Origin: a bacterium
GTDB taxonomy: Bacteria > UBA8248
Length of the DNA stretch: 64,000 bases
Reading direction: 5' to 3'
Assembly (NCBI GenBank): GCA_963692865.2
Contig: OY843592.1
Location: 3,840,001-3,904,000, forward strand
Of this stretch, positions 19,504 through 28,850 are shown in pieces (positions within the stretch are counted from its first letter, which is position 1; each line of letters starts with the position of its first letter). The translations under genes and the position numbers were made by a program. Below the pieces are notes generated by a model that saw only the letters and a program-made list of their open reading frames with translations, made no database searches and was not told the origin of the DNA.

Positions 19504-20505
19504 CTGAGAACCGTCACGTATTCATTCAACTTCACCTTGCCCATCACGAACTGGTGCGTGAACCACTGCGGCTATTGCAGCTTTCGCAGCAGCGTTCCCC
19601 TCCTGCTTTCGATGGAGGAGTGCGAACGGCTCGCGAAGCAGGCCCATGCGCAGGGCGTGGTCGAGGCGCTCGTCATGACGGGCGAGGGAATCGACCGGCA
19701 CAAGGGCCTTAAACATCAGTTGAAAGAATGGGGGCATGACTCCTACGCCGCCTATACGGCCGAGGTGTGCAAAATGTGCCTCGAGGTCGGCCTGCTGCCC
19801 CACGCCAACATCGGCACGCTGGAGGAATGGGAATACGAGATACTGAAACCCTACAACGTCTCGATGGGCATGATGATGGAGACCGTCAGCGCAGAAGCCA
19901 CGCGCATCGCCCACCGGACGGCGCCGACGAAAACGCCCGAGGTCCGGCTCGCCTCCCTGGAGGCGGCGGGCAAGCTCGGAATAGCGTTCACGACGGGAAT
20001 CCTGGTCGGCATCGGGGAATCGCCCGAAGAGCGCGTCGAGACGCTGGAAGCCATCGCCGAGGCGCACAGCCGCTACGGACACATTCAGGAGATTATCCTG
20101 CAACCCCTCAACCCCCAGCCCCTGACGCCCATGGCCAAGTGGACCCGGCCGCCGGATGAGGAGGTCGCGGCGCTGATACCCGAAGCGCAAAGGCTCATGC
20201 CGGGCGTGCACATACAGGTTCCGCCGAACCTGGTGGACGACCTGCTCGGCCTCATCATGGCGGGGGCGGACGACATCGGGGGCATCGCGCCTGAACCGGA
20301 TCACATCAACCCGAACCGCCATTGGCCGAAACTGGGGAATCTCGACCAATCCCTCCATCAGGAAGACATCGCGCTGCGCCTGCGGATGCCGGTGTATGAC
20401 GAATTCATCGAGGCGGGCTGGTGTCCGCCCGAAACCCTGCCCGCGCTCCGCCGGATGCTGGAGCGGCGCGAAGCGCAGGAAGCCCTGCCCGTGGAGATCG
20501 CATGA
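19504..20505 (+). CDS. cofG: FO synthase subunit CofG (radical SAM)
   Basis: TVTYS..LPITNWCVNHCGYCSF (CxxxCxxC), LLPHANIG, SMGMMMET, FTTGILVGIGE, GHIQEIILQ, QVPPNL, DHINP; start inferred at CTG 19504. Confidence 0.9.
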   Translation: MRTVTYSFNFTLPITNWCVNHCGYCSFRSSVPLLLSMEECERLAKQAHAQGVVEALVMTGEGIDRHKGLKHQLKEWGHDSYAAYTAEVCKMCLEVGLLPHANIGTLEEWEYEILKPYNVSMGMMMETVSAEATRIAHRTAPTKTPEVRLASLEAAGKLGIAFTTGILVGIGESPEERVETLEAIAEAHSRYGHIQEIILQPLNPQPLTPMAKWTRPPDEEVAALIPEAQRLMPGVHIQVPPNLVDDLLGLIMAGADDIGGIAPEPDHINPNRHWPKLGNLDQSLHQEDIALRLRMPVYDEFIEAGWCPPETLPALRRMLERREAQEALPVEIA

Positions 20506-21755
20506 GCGTCCCCTTCGCCCATGAAGTTCTCGACGCCTTCGAGGCGGGAGAGGAAATCCCGCGCGAGGGCGCCACCACCCTGCTCGCCGAGCGGGATGCG
20601 GAGTTCACCGAGCGCCTTTACGCGACGGCGGACGCGGAGAGAAAAGAGGCCGTCGGCGACGAGGTGAGCTACGTCATCAACGCGAACGTGAATTTCACGA
20701 ACGTATGCTACACGGATTGCAAATACTGCGGCTTCTGGCGGAGGCCGAACGCGCCGGACGCCTACACGCACGACGACGACGTGCTGCGCGAGAAATTCGA
20801 GCGCGCGAGGGATTTCGGCGTGCGCGAAATCTGCATGCAGGGGGGACTGAACCCCCAGATATCCATAGACCGCTACGAGGAGGTGCTCAGGCTCGCGCGC
20901 GAAGTCATCCCCGGCGTTCACATGCACGCCTATTCGCCCGCGGAAGTCGACCACATCCAGCGAAAGACCAGGCTGCCGCTCGAAGTGGTGCTCACAAGGC
21001 TCAAGGAAGCGGGTCTCGGGTCCGTCCCCGGAACGGCCGCCGAGATTCTCGTGGAAAGGGTGAAGAAGCTCATCAGCCCGGGAAGAATCCCCGTCGAGAG
21101 ATGGTGCGAGATTATCAGAACCGCCCACGCCGTGGGCATCCCGACGACGTCCACCGTCATGTACGGCCACATCGAGAGCAGCGCCGACCTGGCCGAGCAC
21201 ATGGATATTCTCCGGAAGATGCAAAAAGATTCGCTCAAGACGGACGGAGAGGGCCGGTTCACGGAGTTCGTCCCCCTGCCCTTCATCCCTTACGACAACA
21301 AGATGGGCGAGGAGTTCGGCATCGAGGAGATGGCGGACCTCGAAACCATCCTGAAGCTCCATGCCGTCGCCCGGCTCTTCTTCCGGGGAATTATCGCCAA
21401 CATTCAGGTGGCGTGGCCCAAGATCGGTATCGACGCCGCGAAGAAGGCGCTCTCCCTCGGGGTGAACGACCTGGGTGGAACGCTGATCGAGGAGAACATC
21501 TCCAGAGAGTCGGGTTCGGAATACGGGCAAAGCCTGAGCCCCAGGCAGTTCAACGACGCCATCCTGGGAGCGGGGCGCACTCCCGTCCAGCGCACGACCA
21601 CCTACGACATCATCCGCGAAGACGACCCGCGATACCGCCGCCCGCGCGCGGATGACGAGGCGCTGCTCGGCGCCGGCTTCTCGGGCGGGAGAAAAGAAGG
21701 CGACTTCATCCCGGAAAACCACCTGGGCGTCTCGAGCGCCGAACGCCCCCGCTAA
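20502..21755 (+). CDS. cofH: FO synthase subunit CofH (radical SAM)
   Basis: VSYVINANVNFTNVCYTDCKYCGF, EICMQGG, PGTAAEIL, TVMYGH, FTEFVPLPF, NDLGGTLIEENISR. Confidence 0.93.
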   Translation: MSVPFAHEVLDAFEAGEEIPREGATTLLAERDAEFTERLYATADAERKEAVGDEVSYVINANVNFTNVCYTDCKYCGFWRRPNAPDAYTHDDDVLREKFERARDFGVREICMQGGLNPQISIDRYEEVLRLAREVIPGVHMHAYSPAEVDHIQRKTRLPLEVVLTRLKEAGLGSVPGTAAEILVERVKKLISPGRIPVERWCEIIRTAHAVGIPTTSTVMYGHIESSADLAEHMDILRKMQKDSLKTDGEGRFTEFVPLPFIPYDNKMGEEFGIEEMADLETILKLHAVARLFFRGIIANIQVAWPKIGIDAAKKALSLGVNDLGGTLIEENISRESGSEYGQSLSPRQFNDAILGAGRTPVQRTTTYDIIREDDPRYRRPRADDEALLGAGFSGGRKEGDFIPENHLGVSSAERPR

Positions 21756-21774
21756 CCGGCCGGAGAAAGAACCC

Positions 21775-23217
21775 TTGAACGAACTTCACCATCACTCCTT
21801 CAAAGACATGATGAACGACGTGGTGGACGCGGGCAGTTGCTGCGAGTGCGGAAGCTGCGTCCTCGTCTGCCCACACAACGTCATCGAATACATCGACGCC
21901 AAGCCCAAGCAGACGGCCAAGGCGAAGGCCGATTTCGATTACTGCGGCATCAGCGAGGGGGTGGGCTGCGACGTTTGCGCGTCGGTGTGCCCGAGGCTCT
22001 GGCCGAGGGAGATTCACCTGAAAGACGCCACCTTCGGTGAAACGAGGAGCGAGACCTACGAGGGAATTTTCGGCGCCTACCAGCACATCTTCATGGCGAG
22101 AACAAAGCGCGACGACGTGATGGAGCGCGCCCAGGACGGCGGCATCGTCACTGCGCTGCTCGCATGGGCGCTCGAGGCGGGCGTCATCGACGGGGCGGTG
22201 GTCTCCGCCGTCGGGGAGGACGACCCGCCGTGCGACCCGAGTCCCAAGGTCGCCACGACCTACGAGGAGATTCGCGCGAGCGCGGGTAGCTGGTACACCT
22301 ACTGCCCGAACAACCTCGCGCTCGAAGAGGTGAAAGAAAGGGATTTGAAGAAAGTGGGCTTCGTGGGCGTTCCCTGCCAGGTCACGCCCGTGCGCAAGAT
22401 GGAGCTCATCGACCCCTCCTTTCTGGTCTCGCACAAGAAAAGGCCCCAGCACATCGAGAAACAGCGCGGCTTCCTGAGAGGCTTCGCCGAGCGCGTGGCG
22501 TTCCAGATCGGCCTGTTCTGCACGGAGGTTTTCACCTTCGACCTGATGACGGAGAAAATCGAAAAGGACCTCGGCATCCCCCTCACGGAAGTGGCGAAGT
22601 TCAACGTGAAGGGGGAAGTCCTCGTGCACAAGAAAGACGGGGAACTCGTCACCTTCTCGCTCCAGGAGGCGATGGAGAACTACCAGCGCCCCGAATGCCA
22701 GCACTGCGCGGATTTCTCCGCCGAACTCGCGGACATCGCCTGCGGCGGCGTGGGAACGCGGGGCTGGACCATCGTGGTGCTGCGGACCGAGAAGGGCAAG
22801 GAGATCTGGAAAGAATTCGAAAAAGAAGGCCTCGTGGAGATCCAGCCGATACAGGAGAACCGGCGGGCCTGGAACATCCTGCACATTCTTGCGAGAAGGC
22901 AGCGCAACCGCGTGCCGACGATGGGGCCCAAGAGCGGCACGCCGGAGGGCCTCCCCCAGTACGACCCGTTCGATGGCGCCGGCTTCGCCGCGCAAAGCAT
23001 GATCGACAGCCCCAAAACGCCCGAGGAACTCGAAGAATGCCTCGCCACGGCCTATGGGGAGGAGGCGCGCCCCGTCGGCGTGCGCGGCTTTATGGCGGGC
23101 CGGCCGATTCCGGACGACCCGGGCGACCCGCCCCCCGGGGAGAAGCGCAAACTTCCACCACCCCCGAGTCCGGCCCAGGGCGGCGCGCCGCCGGGCTGGG
23201 AGCCTCAAGAGTCATAA
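21775..23217 (+). CDS. Coenzyme F420 hydrogenase/dehydrogenase beta-subunit (FrhB/FqoF-like) Fe-S flavoprotein
   Basis: N-terminal ferredoxin motifs CCECGSCVLVCP and CDVCASVCP; AQDGGIVT, SAGSWY, VGVPCQV, IGLFC, CQHCADFSAELADI; TTG start with SD GGAG. Confidence 0.85.
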   Translation: MNELHHHSFKDMMNDVVDAGSCCECGSCVLVCPHNVIEYIDAKPKQTAKAKADFDYCGISEGVGCDVCASVCPRLWPREIHLKDATFGETRSETYEGIFGAYQHIFMARTKRDDVMERAQDGGIVTALLAWALEAGVIDGAVVSAVGEDDPPCDPSPKVATTYEEIRASAGSWYTYCPNNLALEEVKERDLKKVGFVGVPCQVTPVRKMELIDPSFLVSHKKRPQHIEKQRGFLRGFAERVAFQIGLFCTEVFTFDLMTEKIEKDLGIPLTEVAKFNVKGEVLVHKKDGELVTFSLQEAMENYQRPECQHCADFSAELADIACGGVGTRGWTIVVLRTEKGKEIWKEFEKEGLVEIQPIQENRRAWNILHILARRQRNRVPTMGPKSGTPEGLPQYDPFDGAGFAAQSMIDSPKTPEELEECLATAYGEEARPVGVRGFMAGRPIPDDPGDPPPGEKRKLPPPPSPAQGGAPPGWEPQES

Positions 23218-23218
23218 G

Positions 23219-23854
23219 TTGGATACCCCCGGCCTCACAGACAAAAAACCGGCGCTAAGCATTTCTCTCGATGAGGCGCTGCGCAAAAGGCGCTCCATCC
23301 GGCATTTCACGGGAAAACCCGTTCCGATGGAGATACTCGAAACCGCCCTCTCCGCCGCGTGCCTGGCCCCCAGCCCGCACGGGACGAGTCCGTGGCGGTT
23401 TTGCATCCTCGATTCCAAGGAGGCGAAGGAAACCCTGGCCGCCGAGATGGGCGAGGACTTTCTCCGCGACATGGAAGCGGAGGGCGTTCCCGAAGAAGAG
23501 CGCCGACGCCGCCACCAAGGGAGCATCCGTTTGCTCACCGGCGCGCCCGCGCTCATCATGGCGGCGCTCTCCTTCGCGGACCTGGACGTTTACGAAGAAC
23601 CCGCAAAACAGACCAACGAGTGGATGATGGCCGAACACAGCCTGGGCGGCGCTCTTCAGAACCTGATGCTCGCCCTGGCGGCGCAGGGAGTGGGTTCGGT
23701 CTGGCGCTGCGCTCCCCTGTTCTGCCCCGAAACGGCCCGTAAGGCCCTCGATTTGCCCGCCGACTGGGTTCCCAGGGCGCTCATCGTCGCGGGCTATCCC
23801 GCACAGCAGCCCCCTCCCAAAGAAACGCCCGAGCCGGTGCTGATCGTCCGATGA
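23219..23854 (+). CDS. Nitroreductase-family protein, probably a stand-alone dehydro-F420 reductase (FbiB C-terminal domain-like)
   Basis: RRSIRHF, APSPHGTSPWRF, GGALQNLMLAL..GVGSVW..APLFCP, GYP; lies inside the cof operon. Confidence 0.82.
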   Translation: MDTPGLTDKKPALSISLDEALRKRRSIRHFTGKPVPMEILETALSAACLAPSPHGTSPWRFCILDSKEAKETLAAEMGEDFLRDMEAEGVPEEERRRRHQGSIRLLTGAPALIMAALSFADLDVYEEPAKQTNEWMMAEHSLGGALQNLMLALAAQGVGSVWRCAPLFCPETARKALDLPADWVPRALIVAGYPAQQPPPKETPEPVLIVR

Positions 23855-24807
23855 GTTTTTCCGGTCCGGTCGTTGCGCTCGCAGGCGGAGTGGGCGGCGC
23901 CAAGCTCGCCGTCGGCCTCGCCCATGCGCTCCCCGAGGGGGCGCTCACCGTCATCGTGAACACGGCGGACGACCTGGCGCTCCACGGCCTGCACATCAGC
24001 CCCGACATCGACACCGTGATGTACAATCTGGCGGGCATGTCCAACCCCGAGACGGGCTGGGGCATCGACGGCGACGGAACGAGCGCGCTCGACCTCCTGG
24101 GACGCTACGGAGGGCCGACATGGTTCCGGCTGGGCGATATGGACCTGGCGACCCACATCCGCAGAACCCAGCGCCTGGCCGAGGGCGCGCGCCTGACGGA
24201 GGTGACGCGCGAACTCACAGCCTCCCTGGGCGTAAAAGCGAACATCCTGCCCATGACGGACTCCCCCATCGCCACGCGCGTGAAGACGCCGGAAGGGGAA
24301 CTCGAGTTTCAGGACTACTTCGTCGCCAGGGGAACGCGGCCGAGCGTACGCGGGGTGCGCTTTCAGGGGGCGGATGAGGCGCGCGCAACGCCCGAGGTGA
24401 TGCGCGCGTTCGACGAGGCGCGCGCCATCGTGTTCTGTCCATCGAACCCCATTGTGAGCATCGGCCCCATTCTCGCGATATCGGATATCCATGAGCGCCT
24501 GCGCCGCGCGTCCGCGCCGCGCGTGGGGGTGAGCCCCATCATCGGGGGCGCCGCCCTGAGAGGCCCCGCCGCCGAGATGCTGAAAAGCCTCGGGCACGAG
24601 GTATCGGCTCTGGGCGTCGCCCGGATTCTCAAGGACGTGCTCGACGGGTTCGTCGTGGACACCGAGGATAAAGCCCTTGTTTCATCCATCGAGGAGATGG
24701 GGCTTGAGAGCATCGCGCTTCCCAGCATCATGTCCGACATTGATTCAAAGAAAAAACTGGCCCAAGGCGTTTTGGCGTTCGCCTCGTCGATGCAAAAGAT
24801 GGCATAA
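23851..24807 (+). CDS. cofD: 2-phospho-L-lactate/PEP transferase CofD/FbiA
   Basis: LAGGVGGAKL, IVNTADD, GLHISPDIDT, WFRLGDMDLATH, FQDYFV, PSNPIVSIGPIL, VSPIIGG. Confidence 0.96.
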   Translation: MSFSGPVVALAGGVGGAKLAVGLAHALPEGALTVIVNTADDLALHGLHISPDIDTVMYNLAGMSNPETGWGIDGDGTSALDLLGRYGGPTWFRLGDMDLATHIRRTQRLAEGARLTEVTRELTASLGVKANILPMTDSPIATRVKTPEGELEFQDYFVARGTRPSVRGVRFQGADEARATPEVMRAFDEARAIVFCPSNPIVSIGPILAISDIHERLRRASAPRVGVSPIIGGAALRGPAAEMLKSLGHEVSALGVARILKDVLDGFVVDTEDKALVSSIEEMGLESIALPSIMSDIDSKKKLAQGVLAFASSMQKMA

Positions 24808-24856
24808 GAGGTTTCAGGTATACTGAAACACGTTTTCTCTTACCAAACCGGGATGG

Positions 24857-25513
24857 ATGATGAATCTTCCGAGCCGTTGCGTCGCCCTGATACCGGTCCG
24901 CGATTTCAGAACCGGAAACTCGAGGCTCGCCCAGACTCTGGACGAGAACACAAGAAACCAGTTGGGCCGCTGGATGCTCGAGCGCGTCCTGAAAGCGGTC
25001 GGTTCTGCGGAGCGCGTCGATGAAATCGCGGTGCTGAGCGATTCCGCGGAAGTCCTGACTCTGGCCGGTGAATACGGCGCGGTCGGCTTGCTCCAGGAAT
25101 CAGGCGGGCTGAACAACGATCTGGAAACCGGACGCTCTTGGGCGAGGGGGAGAAACGCTTGTTCCTTGTTCATCGTCCACGGAGATTTGCCGTTTCTGAC
25201 GAGCGAGGAAGTGAACGCTTTTATCGAAGAGCGTGAACTTTCGGAAAATGCAGGGAGCGACATACGCATCGCCCGCTCGAAAGACGGCGGCACGACCGCG
25301 CTCTTCACCCGGCCGATCGACGCGATTCCCTTCCTGTTCGGGGAGCGGAGCTTCGAGAAACACCACTCCGCAGCGAGGAGATACGGCCGCGAGGCGCAAT
25401 CTTTTGAATCGTTCGGCTTCGCGCACGACATCGACTCGCCCGAGGACCTCGAATTCCTGCTCTCTCGTGAAAGGGAAGCGCCGGGGTGGCTGGCTTCCGC
25501 TCCCATGAGATGA
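24857..25513 (+). CDS. cofC: Phospholactate/PEP guanylyltransferase CofC/FbiD
   Basis: ALIPVR..GNSRL, GLN, HGDLP, DGGT, FGERSFEKH, DIDSPEDL. Confidence 0.92.
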   Translation: MMNLPSRCVALIPVRDFRTGNSRLAQTLDENTRNQLGRWMLERVLKAVGSAERVDEIAVLSDSAEVLTLAGEYGAVGLLQESGGLNNDLETGRSWARGRNACSLFIVHGDLPFLTSEEVNAFIEERELSENAGSDIRIARSKDGGTTALFTRPIDAIPFLFGERSFEKHHSAARRYGREAQSFESFGFAHDIDSPEDLEFLLSREREAPGWLASAPMR

Positions 25514-26271
25514 AAAACGTCGAAATCATCCCCGTCGCCGGCTTGCCGGAAATCAAGGAGGGCGACGCGCTTGCGCCCCTGATCCTGAATGCGCTCGAAA
25601 CGGGCGGCGTGAGAATCCGGGATCGGGACGTGCTCGTTCTCGCGCAAAAGATCGTCAGCAAGGCCGAAGGCAGGGTGTTGGATCTGAAAAGCGTCGAGCC
25701 GTCCCAGGAAGCCCTCGAAATCGCGGACCGCGACGGGCGCGACCCCAGGCTCGTCGAGGCGGTGCTCAGAGAGTCGAACGAGATCGTCGTCGCTTCCGAG
25801 CGCGCGCTCATCGCGGAGCACCGCTCGGGCGCGGTATGCGCCCATGCGGGGATAGACCGCTCGAACTTAAGAGGCAGCGAAGATGAGGCGCTGCTTCTGC
25901 CCCGCGACGCCGACCTCTCCGCCCGGAAACTCCATGAAGAGATCCAAAGCGCGGCGAACGCCTTCGTTCCCGTCCTCATCGCCGACACCCAGGGGCGCGC
26001 TTTTCGCCGGGGCGTCGTCGGCGTGGCGATAGGGTGCGCGGGGCTGGAGCCCCTGGTGGACTTGAGAGGAGAGAAAGACCGCAGCGGCCGCACGCTCGAA
26101 ATCACCATACTCGCGCACGCGGATGAAATCGCCGCGGCGGCCAGCCTCGTGATGGGACAGGACAAGCAGGGCGTTCCCGCCGTCCTGATTCGCGGACTCA
26201 AGTATCATGAGGGAGACCGACCCGCGCAGACGCTCTACCGCACGAAAGAAGAAGACCTGTTTCGCCCATGA
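25510..26271 (+). CDS. cofE: F420-0:gamma-glutamyl ligase
   Basis: GLPEIKEGD, QKIVSKAEGR, HAGIDRSN, LLPRDAD, IADTQGRAFRRG, ADEIAAAASLVMG. Confidence 0.95.
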   Translation: MKNVEIIPVAGLPEIKEGDALAPLILNALETGGVRIRDRDVLVLAQKIVSKAEGRVLDLKSVEPSQEALEIADRDGRDPRLVEAVLRESNEIVVASERALIAEHRSGAVCAHAGIDRSNLRGSEDEALLLPRDADLSARKLHEEIQSAANAFVPVLIADTQGRAFRRGVVGVAIGCAGLEPLVDLRGEKDRSGRTLEITILAHADEIAAAASLVMGQDKQGVPAVLIRGLKYHEGDRPAQTLYRTKEEDLFRP

Positions 26272-26301
26272 GATCACAACCTTTCATATAAGGATGCGCC
26301 C

Positions 26302-26634
26302 ATGGCCATACTTCACTGGAACGACGTCGAGGAAAGACAACTGAACGACATCATCCGCGGCAGAATCGTCAAGACCGACAACGTGATGGCGTGCCGGATC
26401 ACGGCGAAGACCGGAAGCCCCATCAAAACCCACACCCACGAGTTCGACCAGATAACGCACATGATCCGGGGAAAGCTGAAGTTTCACTCGGGAGACGGGG
26501 ATTACAAAGTCGTTCAGGCGGGAGACGTCATGATCTTTCCGGCGGGAACCCCGCACGGCGGAGAAGTCCTCGAAGAAGCGGAGTACATCGACATGTTCTC
26601 GCCGCCGAATCCCGATTTTCAGTGGGATAAATAA
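26302..26634 (+). CDS. Cupin domain protein
   Basis: HTHEFDQ...GKL and GDVMIFPAGTPHG cupin motifs. Confidence 0.85.
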   Translation: MAILHWNDVEERQLNDIIRGRIVKTDNVMACRITAKTGSPIKTHTHEFDQITHMIRGKLKFHSGDGDYKVVQAGDVMIFPAGTPHGGEVLEEAEYIDMFSPPNPDFQWDK

Positions 26635-26639
26635 AAACG

Positions 26640-28150
26640 GGGCCTGAAACCGCCTTCCGTGGGGGCTGTTGAGAAACCCGGTTTCGGAAGAAGGCGCCTT
26701 TGACACTCCCTCATCGGTCGCGTCAAGCCCTCGTCCCGCTCGGTGACGGAGCTCCCCAGCACCCCCTCACCCTGAGTAGCGGCCCTTCGTCAAGCTCGGG
26801 ACAGGCTCCGCCCTCCCCATTTTCCTCACCCTGAGTAGCCGCCGAAGGCGGCGTATCGAAGGGCAATCCCGATTGAAGAATGAGGGATTGTCCCGAATCC
26901 GTAGAGAAGCAATTTTGAGTTGTGCGCGCGCTTTTGAATTTCACTCCCCCCTTGAGGGGGCTGTTGAAAAATCCGTCCCTCTCGGATCAACCACGTTTTA
27001 CCCGTAGGGGCCGTTCGCGAACGTGGGGCGTTCATCAACGCCCCGCCCCGGAGAAGAAACGGGCGCTTCACGAAGCGCCCCCACGGTCGTCTTTCAAGAG
27101 GGTGTGTAGGTCAGACATATATGTCCGACATATCATGCGGCCCGGCCTTTTCGCCCCTCCGGCGGCGGGCCGCATGATATGCGGCCCCTACACCGCCCGT
27201 ATTCGACCTCGATGGTCTTGAAGTTCACTCCCTCCTCGCGAGCAATACCGATTAACACGCAGTATGGAAACACTCCCCCCTTGAGTGGGAGTCGGCAAGA
27301 CGAGGGCGAAGCCCGAGGTCGCGCCGGTGGGGGGAGCTTTTGATTTTATCACCATGTCCCCCGCCGAATCGGCCTTCGCCAAGGCTCGGCCTCTTCGTCT
27401 GGCTTTCCCCTCGGGAAGCCAGACCCTCAAGGGGCTGTTGAAAAATCCGTCCCTCTCGGATCAACCACGTTTTACCCGTAGGGGCCGTTCGCGAACGTGG
27501 GGCGTTCATCAACGGTCCTCTCCGGTGGAAAAACGGACGCTTCCCGAAGCGTCCCTACGATCGTCATTCAAAATGGTATTGTATGTTGGACATATATGTC
27601 CGACATATCATGCGGCCCGGCCTTTTCGCCCCTCCGGCGGCGGGCCGCATGATATGCGGCCCCTACACCGCCCGTGTTCGGCCTCGATGGTCTTGAAGTT
27701 CACTCCCTCCTCGCGAGCAATACCGATTAACACGCAGTATGGAAACACTCCCCCCTTGAGGGGGAGTCAGTGAGCTAAGGGCGTAAGCCCGAAAGCGAAC
27801 TGGTGGGGGGAGCTTTTGATTTTATCACCATGTCCCCCCGCCGAATCGGCCTTCGCCAAGGCTCGGCCTCTTCGTCTGGCTTTCCCCTCGGGAAGCCAGA
27901 CCCTCAAGGGGGGAGTGAAATTCGGTGTGTTCCTTCTGTGGACTTTTTCAACAGCCCCGCATCGGTCGGGTTCGTGCCTTCGATACGCGGCTTCGCCGCT
28001 ACTCAGGATGAGGCGGAGAGGGGTTTTTCAACAGCCCCGCATCGGTCGCGATTGACCCCCGATACGGCGCGCAAGCGCGCCTGCTCGGGATGAGGGAGAT
28101 GAGAGAGGGGTGGGGCTTTTTAACAACCCCCTGCGGGACAGCTTCGGTGC
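26640..28150. repeat. Large composite repeat array including a roughly 474-bp tandem duplication
   Basis: 26957-27430 and 27431-27910 are near-identical, each beginning GGGGCTGTTGAAAAATCCGTCCCTCTCGGATCAACCACG; built from several palindrome families. Confidence 0.9.
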
Positions 28151-28195
28151 CGAATGAGAAGAACCGACACTCCCCGAATCGGGAGAACCGGCACT

Positions 28196-28405
28196 CTAGC
28201 TCTTGAATCGTCTGAGATTCGTATTTTTCTTCCCGGGCTCCCTCCGGCTCATCCGCTCCAGGACAAGGCCGGCTTCGAGCGCTTGCTGGTTGAAGCGAAA
28301 CTCCTCCCAGGTGCAACGGGCCAGCAGGTGCGGGGGAAGGCCGTAGGTCTTCGCCTGAAAATGAATGACCGCCAGCAGTTCCTTGCTATACGCGCGGAAA
28401 CGCAT
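28196..28405 (-). CDS. Small ORF downstream of tail chaperone, likely the frameshift extension (gpT-like part)
   Basis: Overlaps the 3' end of the chaperone in the +1 frame; FRAYSKELLAVIHFQAKTYGLPPHLL..FRFNQ resembles phage chaperone extension domains (inference from position). Confidence 0.55.
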   Translation of the reverse strand: MRFRAYSKELLAVIHFQAKTYGLPPHLLARCTWEEFRFNQQALEAGLVLERMSRREPGKKNTNLRRFKS

Positions 28406-28778
28406 CGCCTTCCGGCGCGCCCTCCTCTGGGGCCGGAGCCGCCGCATCGTTCTGAAGCGTCATGACGGCGGTGAATATGGCGTCGGCGTCCGCCGGGGCG
28501 AGTTCATGGATGCTCAGTTCATCGGGCAGGCAACGCCCCGGCTCCTTATCCGTCATCGAGCCGCGCTCGGGAACGAAGCAGCGCCTCAGGATGCAGTGCG
28601 CCCACTCCCCCGTAAGCGCGTATCGCTCCTCCTCTCCCGCAGCGCCGTCAGCGGCGCCCGCGAAGAGCTTCGGGTACGCCGCCATGTCCAGGAGATTCGG
28701 CGCGCGCACGAAGCCCTTGAGCCCCGAGGGCAGGGTGATGGGCCTGCGCCCATGGTTTCTGTATTCCGAAATTTCCAC
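28386..28778 (-). CDS. Putative phage tail assembly chaperone
   Basis: 130 aa directly after tail tube, ITLPSG motif, SD AAAGGGAGG; assigned mainly by synteny. Confidence 0.6.
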   Translation of the reverse strand: MEISEYRNHGRRPITLPSGLKGFVRAPNLLDMAAYPKLFAGAADGAAGEEERYALTGEWAHCILRRCFVPERGSMTDKEPGRCLPDELSIHELAPADADAIFTAVMTLQNDAAAPAPEEGAPEGDAFPRV

Positions 28779-28850
28779 GATTCCTCCCTTTCGTTTTCGC
28801 TGAATCGAGACTTGACCAAGGTGAAGAAGCAGCCGCCTTCCAGACGGAGA

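Noticed and set aside
26640-28150. Possible CRISPR array
   Set aside because: Repeats are long, palindromic and nested, without regular unique spacers, and no cas genes are present.
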